This document shows, one piece after another, positions 12,701 through 26,344 of a DNA stretch of 64,000 bases. The DNA is from Nymphaea colorata (lineage: Eukaryota): the NCBI RefSeq assembly GCF_008831285.2, contig NC_045138.2, positions 35,402,001 to 35,466,000 of the forward strand, read 5' to 3'. Below the pieces are notes generated by a model, which saw only the letters and a program-made list of their open reading frames with translations, was not told the origin of the DNA and ran no database searches. The position numbers were made by a program, and so were the translations under genes. The stretch's first letter is position 1, and each line of letters starts with the position of its first letter.

Positions 12701-15700
12701 GAGAAAAGGAAATGAAGCAGTACTCGTCAGCGGAGCGGCATCAACATCTTCGATAAAGAAGCAGACTGATGATTAATTGATCATTTGAATCATGTGAGAA
12801 ATCTAGTTCTAGTTCCGAACTAGTATATCTGATCAGGCAAACGAGCTGTGACTCATTTGCAGCTTCTGTTTATTAAATACTTTAAACTATTTGTTATTTC
12901 AAAAACGGAAAATAACCCAATGCAGGCCGATGTGAGCAACTGTATGTTGGCCAAAATAACGTATGTGATTTGGAAACAAGGGTTTTTGCAAATTAAGGAA
13001 TTCACGTCCACTTTGTTAGGATCACTATGCTCCAATGCTGGGCATGGATCTTATTTTTCTCAGTGATCAATGGAGAAAATTTTCCTTGATTCCAAGAAGT
13101 AGGTTCAGCTAGGATTTAGGCATATAAACGGTTCTCAACCTTGGCTGCCTCTATACCAACCCTCAGAGTATAGAACCCTTTTTCTGTTAATTATTTACAT
13201 AAAATACATTGAATTCCTACATGGTACAGTTTAAGTGCTCAGTAAATACCCAAGGGAGAGAGAAGCAGTTTGAGCTGAAACTAAATTCATTAAAGGAGGC
13301 AGAGGAAAACAGAAATGCCAAACCAACCATCCAAGTTATGGTAGTTGGGTGGAAAACGGCAACAGAAAACAAAACATGTCAAATAAGGGGTCGCTTGGAA
13401 AATAAAACACTAACAAAAGTGTTTGGTTGATCTACTTTTAAACAAATTCATGGACACCTAGTTCTAGGGTTTCATGAGTTTGCTCCAATTTTTAGAATAC
13501 TCACGGTGTGTTTGAACTGCCAAAAGACCTCTTAAAAGAAACATGAGCTGGAAATTTGAGTGCATGACCATACGAGGAAGACCTGAAAATTAATTAAGTA
13601 GAGCTCGATCCGGAGATAAGTACTCAGCCTACCGAAACAGAATAATCAATCTTCCACGAGACAACAAACGTTTTCACGGGAAGTGTTGTTGGTCGTTAGA
13701 ACTTCTATTTTATTCCGGCTACTAGGATGAAGGTTCTTGCAGTACTTTATTGCAAAAATTCAAAGTAGAAGAGTTTTTCAATAGCGTTCCAATTTTTAAA
13801 GACATTTTTTTTAAAACATTCTCTTTGTCATTTGCCATTTGTTAAGTTCATCTATTTATCTTTGGAATCAGAAAGTAACTCAACTTACCCGTTAACTTAA
13901 GAAAGCTATAAAAAGAGGGTCACGGTTACCCATATTATTGCCCTAAACGATGGCCCCTCTCTCAATGCCTCTAACCAAAAGAGGTAAAAATATGTTACCC
14001 ATCTGCCTTTGTTGGAAGATAAGATAGACTTTATATAATATATATGGACATTTTCAATATCATCCTTTGTCTTTTACTGCTTTTCACGTCCATCCTCTTT
14101 TGGACGAACACAAATTTATTCTTCAGTCCAAATCGGTCACGTATACCATCCTTAAAACGACTAGGCCAACGTCTCGGTCTCTGTGTACGAGTTCCAAACC
14201 CTTACAGCTTAGGACTTTCGCTCAAACCTGGTCTTTCCAATTAAACATCCTTGCGGTTTGTTTGGAGTAGGAAGTCGTGAGCAGGAAGTGATGTTTGATG
14301 CGGCGTCTCAAGCTTCCCGCGTTTTGCATAAATCGCAAAAAGGATGGGAGAACCAATTCAAACGTCCTGTCGAGCACTGTTGAAGAAGGGACTGCACTGC
14401 ACCGCACTAGAAGAAGATGGGTGGGGGCTGCATTTTGAAATGGAGGGGGAGGGGGCTTAGTGAGGAAGGCAGAGTCTCCATCCACTTTTACTTTTGGATC
14501 GGCAATGATGTGCCACCAAAGTGTGAGCTAGAGTGGGGCCGAGGGCAGAAAATATATCTTCCCGACGACACAGCCGGGTTGGATGGTATAGGAGTGCGAG
14601 GGACATTCGATACACATTTACCATCTCAGGAGAAATTTGTTTGCGCAAAATCCCCTCCCATCTCTCACTGCACACTGACAAGAATCTTGATGTCACGAGT
14701 CATATCATCAGAAGAAAGCATCTCTCTCTTTCTTTCTATCTTCTGCCGACTCATCGAGTCTTTTCTTCCAAGGGCGTCTTCATCTCTCTCCCTCTCCCTT
14801 ATCCGCGGACGGCAAAGATTCTTTGTTGGGAAACCGTGTGGATTCTTTTCGGCTTCCCGATTTGCATCCACCGGTCGCACCTTAGCCATGTCAAAATTGG
14901 TAACCCGGCTTTGTTTAAACCACACATATTTTGAACTCAACCTTTTCCACACCGACAGGTTTTGAGTTCAAGGAACACCTTGACCAGGTAAAAGAAAAAA
15001 AAAAAAAAAAAAAAAAAAAAACCGATGGAAACATTTTATTTGCTGAATCTTTTCAGATTACGAGTGGTATCTGTTCTTCAAAAGGACTAGGTTCATTGAC
15101 ATTCAGCTGGCCGACATCTGAACCCCACTTTGGATTGCCAACCTTACATTGAACCTAGGAGAACTGAGCTTTCGACCTGTGGATCTCATTTGTGACCTTA
15201 CATTCCCGCGATCCAGCGGTCGACAGTTGCAATATCAAGTCAAGGATTTCTGAGCATGGTAGGACAATGGCAGAACGGGTATCTCAAAAAAGAACTCTCC
15301 TCACCACGTTAAGGGCTTTTTAGATTTGAAAAATGTCTGCGCTCTGCATCTTAATTTTTTTGGCCTGATGGGAAAGCGGCTTCACCGAGTTCAGCTTCTC
15401 CATGATTAAAGAGAAAACCCAAAAAAAAAAAAAAAGAGATAAAATGTTTGAGGCTTGGAAGAATGGTATCTTGCAGACGCCCCCACCGACCGGATACTGG
15501 CCGAGAGCGAAAGTGGAAATTTCCCTCCTTCAATGTGGGTCCCCGCACTGTTGATCCAAAAAAGAAAAAAAAGAAACTATTTTCCTACGAAATTATGGAA
15601 AGAAACCAAACATGGGCAAAGTCAGAAAAATACAGGAAGCACCAACAACGGTTTTGCCAGGGAAAAGGAAAAAACAGGAAGATCAAAATTTTTTCACAGT

Positions 15701-16674
15701 GTGAGTGAGTGTTTCCGATTCAAAGAATGGGTGGTTAAAGAATGAGGATGTGGATGCTTTTAAAGGCGAGGATCTGAAGTCATACCGAGATCACCATCAC
15801 CAGCACATGATGCGGGATTAATGGTCAGACATGAAGACCTTCGGTTAAAGAAGAATTACGGCAAATTTCACATCACGTAGGAAATGCTTCTGAAAAACAC
15901 CGCCAATGGTGATTTCAAGTTGTGGTCAGTTAGTCCTTTTCCATCAATTTCTTTGGCCAGTTGGAGTTGATGGGATGCCGCACGATGTTTACCTGCATGG
16001 CAAATATCCTACCACCTCCGGCCTTGAGGAGAAGGAGAAGCTCTTCTTCTGCTCATGTTGGTGTTTTGAAGTTGTATAGATTTCACATAATGTAATAGCG
16101 AGTGCCGTCCTTATTTCGTGGGTCCCAATCAGCTGGATGCCAGTCTAAAACCAAGGCAACTTCGTCGTGGCTTCTCTCAGGCAAAGCCGTCCTGCGCCGA
16201 GTCTGAAGTTAAACAATGTGAAAAAGAAAAGGAAGTGTCAAGGCCTAAAGAAACGAAGAGTTGGTGGTTTGAAATGATAATGATACTTGAGGAGACCATA
16301 TTACAATTAAAAACAAGCTGGAGCAGGTAACGTTGAATTATGGTGGACGAATAAATGGTGCTTGATTTTTGCACTATGAACATCAAGTCTAGCTCAGCAA
16401 ATAAAGGAAAGAACAAGAACCCAACAGCTTGGCACGAATGGATAACGCTTAAGTAAAGGTGCCTAATTCAAACAGTTGCAATCAAAGTGATATGTATATA
16501 AAATCGGTCAAGAATGATGAAAATCAACAATTCAGTATTTGATGATTGGCACTGTGGTGACAGGAATTCTTTCAGAACCACGTTAAAATTATGTCCCCTA
16601 TCCTTTTTCTCTGTGTGAAATGAAATATCGTTGTGTTCGTTGGTGTCATCATCACTTGCCGCCACTCAAAAGGC

Positions 16675-18400
16675 CGGTTGATTTCATCTTTTACGTCAGA
16701 TCCATAAAAAGGAAAGAAGGAAGGAAGGTCGAATACAATCAGTCTCTCTCAAATTGCTGCTCTCCGGGGCTTCTCGGAGGGTTGAAGGGTCACAGCTTCG
16801 CGGAATTACTCATGGAAAGCGACTGGCTGCAGTCCCATCCCAGTAGCAGTACTGGATGAATAATGTCATCCCGTCCAGCTGTCGCCATCGTCTTGGATTG
16901 CCGGTGAACTGTCGCCAAGCTGAGGATTAGCAAGGTTATGCCTGGTCGTCGTCATCGATATCAGAAACTCTGAACCAACTTGCAGAAAACCGGGCTAACA
17001 GTTTTGCAAAAGGTTTTCGCGTTTCTGCATCGGCAGGTTCCCTAGTGATACTCAAGCGCGTCCTTCATGAAGAAGCCGCAATTGACGCCACACTGAACTC
17101 TGCTACGGGTTGAAAATCAAAACAACACGCTACTATGTAGGCCTCATCCAATTCCAGGCAGATAAAAAGGAAAATATCACGAGCAGGCCTTCCTCCCCAT
17201 CCTTGTCCTATGTGCTCGCTCTAATACATAAAAGTGAGGAAGCACCCGGATTACGGTCTTTACGGCACATGCTTTTGTTTTACAATTGACCTTGCTACCG
17301 CTACTCCTTAATTACCTAAGAAAGGTGAAAGCTTTTTATGGTTTTAGGGAAAGCAGGACGGGAGGCCTCAAATGTGTGGGTAATTACCCATACAGACTAC
17401 TAATAAAAAAAAAAATACTTATTTTCATGCTGATACATGAGGATAATTTTTTTAGTTAATGCTGCTTAGGTAGAGTTTTGCTGCTCCCCCTAACTTGGTA
17501 ATCAATATTTGTGGATAAACGTACCAAACTTGGAACCCTTGATCAGTTAGAAGGAGATATATAAATATGATTTGCCAAAGTTAAAAATTATATTGAAACA
17601 AACAGAAAGGGTGAAAAAAGAAGGAAATTGAAAAAACAAGCAGTAACCACCAAAGAGGGTACCAACGGACGGCTAATTTTGTCCTTTCAAAATGGAGATG
17701 GAAAAGCCCTGAGACTAACAAAAGCACATAGCGGGTGTGTGAGGAGGTTGAAGCTCATATTTGAGACTGGCATGAAAGAGAGAGAGAGTACCATTTCTGA
17801 GATCTTCTTCTTCTTCTTCTTCTTCTAGGGGTCGGTCGAAAAGAAGGGCTCGGAGGGTGGAAGGAGGTGTAAAAAGGTCGGAAGTAGCAAGTTGTAATTA
17901 GGAAGTAAGAGTGAAGGAGAATTTGTAGGGCAACCAGCGACTGGAGGAGGCAGCAAATATCGATGTCCTACCTAGGATGCGCCTGTTCAAAGAAAGAAGG
18001 AAGAGTTACGGTGTATCACACGGATTACTTTTTCTTTTTCTTTTTTTTCGCGCCCCTCGTGTGCACATCCGTGTCCCGATTTTTTGAGAGGTAAAAAGTT
18101 GAAAATTACTTTATTGGCTTGTGGATTGGACTTCGACGCTGAAACCCACGAGCTGTCCTTATAAAAAAAGGCTGCTTTGGCGCAATTAATGAGGGGGGGA
18201 GCTTTAGAGATTCGAAGATAAAAGGGGATGACGCAGAGAGCAAAAACCACGCCAAGCACACTGTTGAACCCACTACACCATGTCTCTTTACCCTCCTTCC
18301 TCTCTTCGAACTTGCTATCTTCAACATCTTGTTTCAAGAACGTCAGCTATTGATTTGGCTTGGACATTAACCCCAGCCCGGGTTCAAGTAGTTAATCTCA
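16675..18400 (+). repeat. Diverged paralogue of the EIL-A downstream flank (30500-33440)
   Basis: Colinear blocks: 16675-17045 vs 30500-30860 (includes identical ACTCTGAACCAACTTGCAGAAA); 17642-17747 vs 31649-31923 (TTCAAAATGGAG, CCCTGAGAC, AACAAAAGCAC, TGTGTGAGGAG); 18167-18273 vs 32917-33077 (AAAAACCACGCCA, TTGAACCCAC). Confidence 0.85.
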
Positions 18401-19414
18401 ACACTGATGATCTCAATCGGATGGCGTTTGATTGAACCCACTCGTGTTCACGGGATTAATTCATATGAACCGTCACAGACATGCCCTTGGTGACCTTCCG
18501 AAACTGGTGGTGCTCCATCTCACAAAAGAAAACAGATAGTTACGTCCCACTGCCCCTGTTTGACATTGCAAAGTAATGCATGCCACTGCCGTCACGCCAT
18601 TCCGATTATTATTTCATTTTTCCAACTTCAAGGGGTGTATTTAAAATGCCAAATATTTTGGTTCCTTCCAGCTCTGACGACGAATTAATCAACTCGCTCC
18701 AAATTAATCCAACCTTCATCTACGAAAAAGGTTTCATCAGATTCTGCAATTAATAGCAATATTTTAATATGGAAAGATTATCAACAAGGTGCTCTGTCAG
18801 ATCCATCGATGTCGAAACTTTTGCAACTCCACGAGATAACCAAATTATGTTTTCCTCGAAGAAGTTTGTGCTGCCAAAATGCATGTTTTTAGGTTACATG
18901 TCCCAAAGAACACCATATTCTATTCTTCTTCTGGAAGGTAGATTGGGTTATGTCGAGCATTTAATTGTTGAATCTAAAAGCTTTTTTTTTTAATATTTCT
19001 TGAAAGGAGTATACGGTACGTGCGTTTCAAAAAACAATAGTTTTCTTATTAATTAAGCTTCCTTTAAAGATATAAGGATATTTGAGTTTGCAAATGCGGA
19101 AATTTTCAAGAAATAAACGAATATGTGTGGTCAGTGGTCATTAGGAGTGTTTCATGCCATCCCTCAGTTACTTGTTGCCTGCCTTTCATGTCCTGCCTCC
19201 GTTTGTTTTGCACAAGTATATATGGGTATGTTTCTAAAAAGAGTTAACAGGAGAACGAATGAACTTGGGAGAACTTAAGAAAATGTAGATCATTCTCAAA
19301 CGAATTTATTTTACGTGTTGGGAAAAGAACCTTCAAAGGTAAAATCAACTATTTTTCGTCACGAGAAGATGGAGTGCAATGAATTTGACTTAAACCAATG
19401 CCATTTCATTCATT

Positions 19415-19735
19415 AATATTCCTTCTTTTGCATTTCCAGTAGAAAACCCTTGGCCTCACCGCCTTCCGATGACCAAGCAGATGGCCCCATCGTTTCTCGA
19501 AAGGGAAACAAAAGGGAGGGCGCCCGCAGAGTTGAAGCTGCAGCCAAGATCAAAGTAGTGTCGTAACCCAGGTGCGGTTTAATTGCATGCCCCCTGCATG
19601 TGAAAAGTGAAAGGGAAAGATTTCTAGAAACAGTGAGCGGCCCCTGATAATTAAGGAACGGCCGTCTGCAAACCTCATCCTTCATCTAATGATCTGAAAA
19701 GAAAAGAGGTTGGTTAGAGACATTACAAATTCCAT
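19415..19735 (+). repeat. Diverged paralogue of the EIL-A upstream block (38122-38445)
   Basis: Shared in order: TTCTTTTGC, TCACCG.CTTCCGATGAC, GCGCCC.CAG.GTT..AGCTGCAGCCA, GG.ACGG.CGTC.GCAAA, CATTA.AAATT. Confidence 0.85.
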
Positions 19736-21730
19736 TGTCAACCGCGCAATTTAAGGTGCTGGAGGGGATAGATTGTGTGTAAAAGGGAAGGAAGCGCTTA
19801 ATTCACTTGTTCATATGTATACATACATGTCTACACACGCACTTATCCTACTGTTTGAGGCGTGGACAATGACGCTTTCCTATAACCTTTTCAGGCAACG
19901 CATGGCTAAATTCTTGCCCATCGTTTTGCAGGAAAATATTACGAGTGGTGGGAAGGACGAGACGCGAATTGACCCTTCAATTAGCTGATAATAATGTCCC
20001 TGTCTCCAAAACACGTCATGGCCGACATGGATGAGAGCATCGGCTGCGACCTCACAATGGCACGCTAAACCGCGGTTCTTCATCCATTAACTATCGCCTT
20101 TATTCCTGCCTTCTTAAATTTTAACCATTAACGCGAACCATGATGACGCTGTTACCATGTTATTAACTAAGCGTTACGAACATGGGGACATTATGGTTTC
20201 CCCCACTAGGCGGTTGCCGGTGGCCCTTCCTCTTCCACTCTCGTGGGCGATGTCAGGTTCAGCATCACAGACCTCCTTTCCGGCGTTGAGTTTCCGGTGG
20301 TTGGAGGGCGCAAGCAATCTGGGGAGCTTCGCTTAAACTTGAAGAGGGGGGAACTGCTGGGTGACGACATGAAGCGCGTCTCCGACTTTTTACTTAACTC
20401 GGAGAGACGACGACGCCTCGCAGGCTACCGTTATGTTTGTCTTCCCACTGTTGAAATCTCCGCGAAATTTAACTTAACCGCCCACGGCCGTCCAACCACG
20501 CGCCCACTTCCATATAGTTTTCTTTTAAAACATATTTTTTCTTAGACCGCTTTAGACAAAAACCAGACTAGTTAAACTTGTGTTGAAAATTATTTGAAAC
20601 AAAATGCTAGGATGCGTTCATAAAAAAAAAAATTCAACATAAATTATGTTTTAGTTCAAGTTGCTTTTGCAAAAAAAAAAATTGATTTTTCTACTATCAT
20701 ACTTTCTTGTTATGAGAACTGTTCATATGTTTATTAACAACTAAATATTATTAATATAAAAAAGACTAACCTAATACATCTTCTTCATCAAATCATCCTT
20801 AAGATCATAAGGTTAGATTAAAAATAATTTAACAATTATTTTTAGTGAGTTTGATTGTCATCACTTACAAAATGTACTAATTTTTTACCATATATATATA
20901 TTTATATATGAACGACGACTCCCCTCAAAGGGCTAAGATTTTTTTTTATTTTTGGGCAACTTTATAAAACTTTCCGCAACAGACCAGTGCGAAATGGCAG
21001 TTCAGGTTTGTTCCATCCAATGTTTCAACCATTGACATCTTCCGGAAAATTCCTTGGTAACTCCCCCCAGCTTTGATCCAAGTGTCATTGACATCTTCAC
21101 TTTCACGAAAAAAAAAGGAACACAAAGCAAAAAAATGATGGTAGCGTCAGTCTGCAAAGAAATTTGACTAGAAGGGCATTCTGCTTTAAAAATACATATT
21201 TTTAACGCATACTTTTTTGTAAACAAAATGTATCATGTTTTGGTCACGAGAAATAGAGTATATTTAGGAATGTTGCTTTAAAAACTAAGAACGAAAAGCT
21301 ACACGAAACGTATGTACCAGCTTTAGAAACACAGTACGCACTCTAACGTATTAATTATTACTAAATAAACTAAGTACAGAAGTTGGCTTCAAGAGCAAAG
21401 AAAGAGAAACTGCTGTACCGCACCTAAATTGCACGCCTACTCACACCGTAGTCCTTGGGAGAAGAACCTTCAATGATAAAATAAAAAATCAAAGTCTAAT
21501 TTGACGAAAAAGGAGGTTATTTCTTTCTTTCAAATCTTGTGCAAGCATCCTCAGCATTTAAAGCGATACCGGAAACTGGGTGTACTTTGAATATGTTACA
21601 TTCAATTAACCACCTGAAATGCATGCGTTTTACTGAAAGGAAAAAGAAATATACGGGGTTGTTCCCATGACTGACTGTTAGGCGTGCCTTTTCCTTACAT
21701 TATAATTTAATTGAAATCCGTTTGTCAAAA

Positions 21731-21785
21731 ATGTATCTTTTTCGTGGGGGCACCAAGATCCTCCTCAAATTTATAATTATAATCG
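21731..21785 (+). repeat. Conserved non-coding motif X, copy 1 of 4
   Basis: ATGTATCTTTTTCGTGGGGGCACCAAGATCCTCCTC..TTTATAAT; related copies at 29981, 47068 and 55236. Confidence 0.8.
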
Positions 21786-22460
21786 GCCGGTGCCGTGAAT
21801 CTCAGCAGCGCCGGCGCGTGAGTGAGTTGGCCCTTCTCAATTAGGATGAGGGCGTGTGGTGTGACCCTTTCTTTCGTCGACCGCAACTAAATTAACCGGC
21901 CAACGAAACAAGCGAGATTCCCTGTTGAGTTGAGTATTATTAGATCATCCCCTCTTAACTGCCCTAAGCAATTCGGAAATAATACCGTCTACTTCCATTC
22001 CATGGCGGGTGCGGCGTCTCCTGTTTTTAGCATTTCAAGGAGAGACTCGGCACCCAGCATAAATGTGCGGGGTCTTTCCTTCTATTCTCATCTTTTTGTC
22101 TATTATTTGCAGGAAATCAAACACACGAAAGACTATTTGTTGCCCTCGCCCTGTGCACACGCATTCCTCCAACAAAAGGAGAGAGTTGGATTTAGAATTT
22201 CTTTTTGATAATGAAGTATATTTTTAGTCTTTTTACAATCTTCCTTTTTATCCTTTTCAAAACCTTTGATTGTTACACACTCTTGCACATGCATAGGAGT
22301 GTGTGTGTATATCACCAGTTTTGCCCAATATACCCGATAATAAAAACTTACGCATGAATACATCCAACGTCACTAATTAAACATTTGGTGTGCCTCATGA
22401 CTTCGTTGTAGTTTTCTAATTGTTATTATTTCCAACTAATAACAAATTGGCCAATTGGTG

Positions 22461-22863
22461 GCTGGGATGCTAACGCTTTGGATTTGAATCGGACCAACTT
22501 TTAACCACATCCACTTTTGGGATATTCACATATGCATATTTGAATTCAGATACAAATACAAACAAAGAAGAGTCATATCCAATTTCACAATCTCTCAATC
22601 TGACTTTTACATCATATCCTAATTCAAATACAATTTTTTAACCAAATGTGACTGATTTAAAAAATAGGAGAGCATTAGATATAAACTATTTTTTTAAAAA
22701 CTAAATCTAATCCTACTTTGATCGGATACTTATGTACATTTGCAGATGTTATTTCTTAAATCAAAATTCTTTTATTATTAGACAAGTATTTTTTTTTTCA
22801 TATAAAATATTTTCAAAGTGATTGGTTAGATATTTGATTCCAATTTCCTATCCATTCCCAGAC
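22461..22863. mobile_element. Possible degenerate non-autonomous DNA transposon
   Basis: GCTGGGATG ... CATTCCCAGAC imperfect inverted ends with an AT-rich interior rich in GGAT/ATCC motifs. Confidence 0.35.
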
Positions 22864-23369
22864 TTTCGAGTGTGAAGGTCAAATGTCATGTCCAATCAGA
22901 AACATGAATCTGTCGCCAGTTTCGCTCCAAAACTGGTTTCAAAATTATTCTGTCTCCCCAAAATTTGTTTCGCAGTGGACGACAAAGTCATAAGCCGGCC
23001 TTTGAATTTTGGTTCTGCTTGACCTCCAGTACTCGGATGAATTAATTGCATCCCAAACTTCTCTGTAGCCTGTAGGAAAATTTTCAGACGCACTACTAAG
23101 CTTTGAAATTTCTTAGAGCGGCAAAATAGTTGCACGGCATGTATTTGGAGACGTAATTTCATCAGTCCTTTGACGATCTCAAATTGTCAATATTGGATCG
23201 AAAAATGTTTGATCACCGCAATCGTTTCCAAGTGTGCAACTCCTCCTGCCCATCTTCTCGAATGGCTTAACCCAGAGCCATGAGGATCTGAAGGTGTCTT
23301 AAAAACGGGCTATAACATTTGCATCGACATGTTCATTAAGGAAAGAAATTAACATGTCACTTCCAAAGA

Positions 23370-24230
23370 AGAGCTGCTGGGAGTTAGGGTCCCCTCCTTA
23401 TATTAACAAAAAAATGCGATATTTACAAGAAAAGAGTGGGATGCAACCATTAACACCCAGGACGTGGCAGTCAGGATGGCCAACAAACAAGCAGCAGAAA
23501 CAGCACTAACAGCTTTCAGGGAGGGTAGATCTTTAGAAATAACCATGCGGTTGAAAATGAGAGAAATTGAGGGCCACACATAGCGTCGTCCTTCTATAAT
23601 GCCCTTTAACCTACGTTTCCAACTCCATTTGTTAGAGATGATATGAATTTGGCTCCTTCTTCAAGGAGAGTTATCTGCCCATTGACCAAGACGATACCTG
23701 CGCTCTGCATTGTTATTTTGACATTGCCATCAATACCATGACAATCATCGCCCCATACACGCAACTCCATCTAGCTGCGTCAGGAGCTGAGTTTGAGGCT
23801 TCCAACTTCAAGTTGAAGGTCAAGAGTCATATGTTGCAGTAAAACTAGACTCGACGCACAAGTGCATGCATAGAAATTATTAGAGAGGGTACTTTATCTG
23901 CTCCTTTCTTGTCATGATGTAGAATGAGAATAATAAAAAGCCGGTGAATCTTCTCAACCAATGGTTCACATGCGCTGAATGCGGAAGTTGAGAAGGAACC
24001 AAACCTCAAAAAAATTTCCAACAACCATAAACTGCTATGATCATACGCTATACAAGAAAATGAATGGTCACTTTGAATGGGTGTGAAGTGGAAAGATGTA
24101 TGAGAAGACGTGCAAGAACGAAGGGTCACAACTTTTAGACCCTTCAACGCACATTTTCCAACGTGATAATATGGTAAGGTTCTCCTTAAGCCCAGCTTCC
24201 CCATCCAAAACTCGTCACCCACCGTTTTGG
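23370..24230 (-). mobile_element. Highly degenerate L1 LINE 3' fragment
   Basis: Minus strand QIHIISNKWSWKRRLKGIIEGRR..SLIFNRMV aligns with RIYILANSGNWKQQFRSTLTGRR..SLLNRIV at the C-terminus of the 50-kb LINE. The 3' end GCTGCTGGGAGTTAGG resembles GCTGCTTGGGGGTTAGG at about 50010. DHSFSC..LW is a zinc-finger remnant. 5' boundary uncertain. Confidence 0.65.
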
Positions 24231-25766
24231 AACTCTCTCAACAAGACATGCAACAAATGGCTAATATAAAAGCAATTGTTTGGAGCCTGGATGGCCCCGC
24301 CTAGCTTTAAAGCGATAGCTAGAAGACCTTCCAATCCCATATATCCTACCCCCCTTGTGGGTAGCGTCGTAAATGCAAGTAATATCTGGAAGCAAGCTAG
24401 AACATGTCACATGATTTGTAGGAAGAAAAAGGGGGAGAAATACCAGCCTGGTTTCCCATACCAGCAGCCACCACAGACTTGTGGCCTGTGGGTAAGCTCC
24501 TCACAACTTAGAGGCCACACTTTTAGTCTTTTAGATGCAAGTTGCCCTGGAACATTAAAAGAGAAAAGCAGGAAAGGCCATGGAAAGATCAGAGGTCTGA
24601 TTCTTTACGATTCTGAAGGTTTGTCAGGCACCCAAAAGGCTGGAATCTCAGTATTCCGAAAATAAATATAAAATTTTGTGGAAATCAATGCCACAGGGCA
24701 GGGCGCCCAGTCCTAGAGATGCACTAAAACTCTTCAGTAAAGGGGCTGTCCAGTGCACACACGCCCAAAGATTTTTGAATAGCCTAGATACGTGCATGGG
24801 GCTCCAAACCTTGTGAGGGTATGCATGATGGAAGATGGAATTTTGAACCATCCGGAAGAAACACGTCGTTTCACTAGGCGTACATTTGCCCAAAGCTCGT
24901 ACGCGTCACACCGTTTCAATTAAATTAATAAATTCATGGGGTGTTGTTGGTGTTTGAATATTGCGTTGCAGTACGTATGTCAATGTGTATGATTCGACAG
25001 ACAGTAGTAGACGATGATGATACATCCAGCTATTCTTTATTTCTTGTCTACGGACAAGCAGTGCTGTGACGTGACTGTTTTGGGGGTGGGGACGAAGAGA
25101 TTCCACTCCCACCCACCAGTAGCTCGCATTTAGTGTAAGTGGCCTCCATTGGCAGCAGACACTCGCATAAAGGAAAAAAAGAAAAAGAAAGGATATCTGC
25201 GAATTTAATAAACGGATGAAGCCGGACCACCTTTTAAAGGATGAGAGTACTGAGGATTGCATCAGGTGCGTCGCCGGACTCCGAGTTGGAAAAGCATAAT
25301 GTTTTCCGTGCATCTTGTGCTGCCCATGCTTCGTAAAGCAAAGCGCTTGAAAGAGTGGATGAGGGTAAATTGCTAAGCACATATTATATTGGAACAGTCA
25401 GCCGAAGCACCGACCCAAGTGCTGAAGTCTCTCTTTTTCTTTTCCTTCAACTGCCGTGGCTGAGGGTACACATGAGCATCCCCCATGATATTGACCTGAG
25501 GTGGAAGCGAGTTGTGCGTGGATCGGCCCAGTGTTCATTTGGATCCAGTTGTATTTTGTTGTGAACATTTTTTGTTGATATTTGACATGTTTTTAGATAT
25601 TATTTGGTTTTGAATGAAGATCCAAATCAAGTTATCAACTAGATGTTCAATCCTTCATGATGCATACTTGAGAGGAAAAAGTGATGACCATTTTGATCAT
25701 ATAGTATTACTTTACACTTCTTTTCAAGTGGGTTGGGTGACTATATACAGTCAGGGTCACATTTTA

Positions 25767-25800
<34 letters not shown>

Positions 25801-26344
25801 CTGGCGACAAGGTTGTTTTGATAGAGGCTACTTTTGAATGCTAAATTGATGATATATGATAAGCTAGCTTGAAACTTGCATTTCTTGTAAAAGAAAGAAA
25901 GGTCATGAAGCTTGACGAGGTGCATCTTAAGAGAGAAAGTTATGTGTTGTGGGCTCACCGTGCATAGTAAAAGAAGAGAAGGAAGAACATTTTGGTAATT
26001 GATTAAAAATAAATGCCTTTCATAGTCTTTTTACTTTTTTTCATTTTCAATTTTGTCTTTACAAAAAGTTTTTTTTTAGTGTAAACCAAAGATATTTTAG
26101 CCATTAACCATAATTTGGAACGAAAAATCGTGCACCACTATTTATCTTACATCAGGTTGGACAACAACGCTTAATAAAAAGACATAACACAGTAACGGAG
26201 CTTGCTAGATGATCTCACACAAGTTGTACAGCAGTCTGATACATTTATATCTCACCAAGCTAGCATATATATGGGGTTTAAGAAGCGAGAATACACACCA
26301 AAGCTAGCATATATATGGGGTTTAAGAAAAATGGGTGGGAAGCT

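Noticed and set aside
14040..16330. Cluster of 60-180-aa ORFs in a moderately GC-rich region
   Set aside because: No recognisable protein motif or consistent exon structure found by eye.
19533..19553. TGAAGCTGCAGCCAAGATCAA, resembling miR167
   Set aside because: Several mismatches or indels, no complementary star arm, and the paralogous block near 38245 does not keep it.
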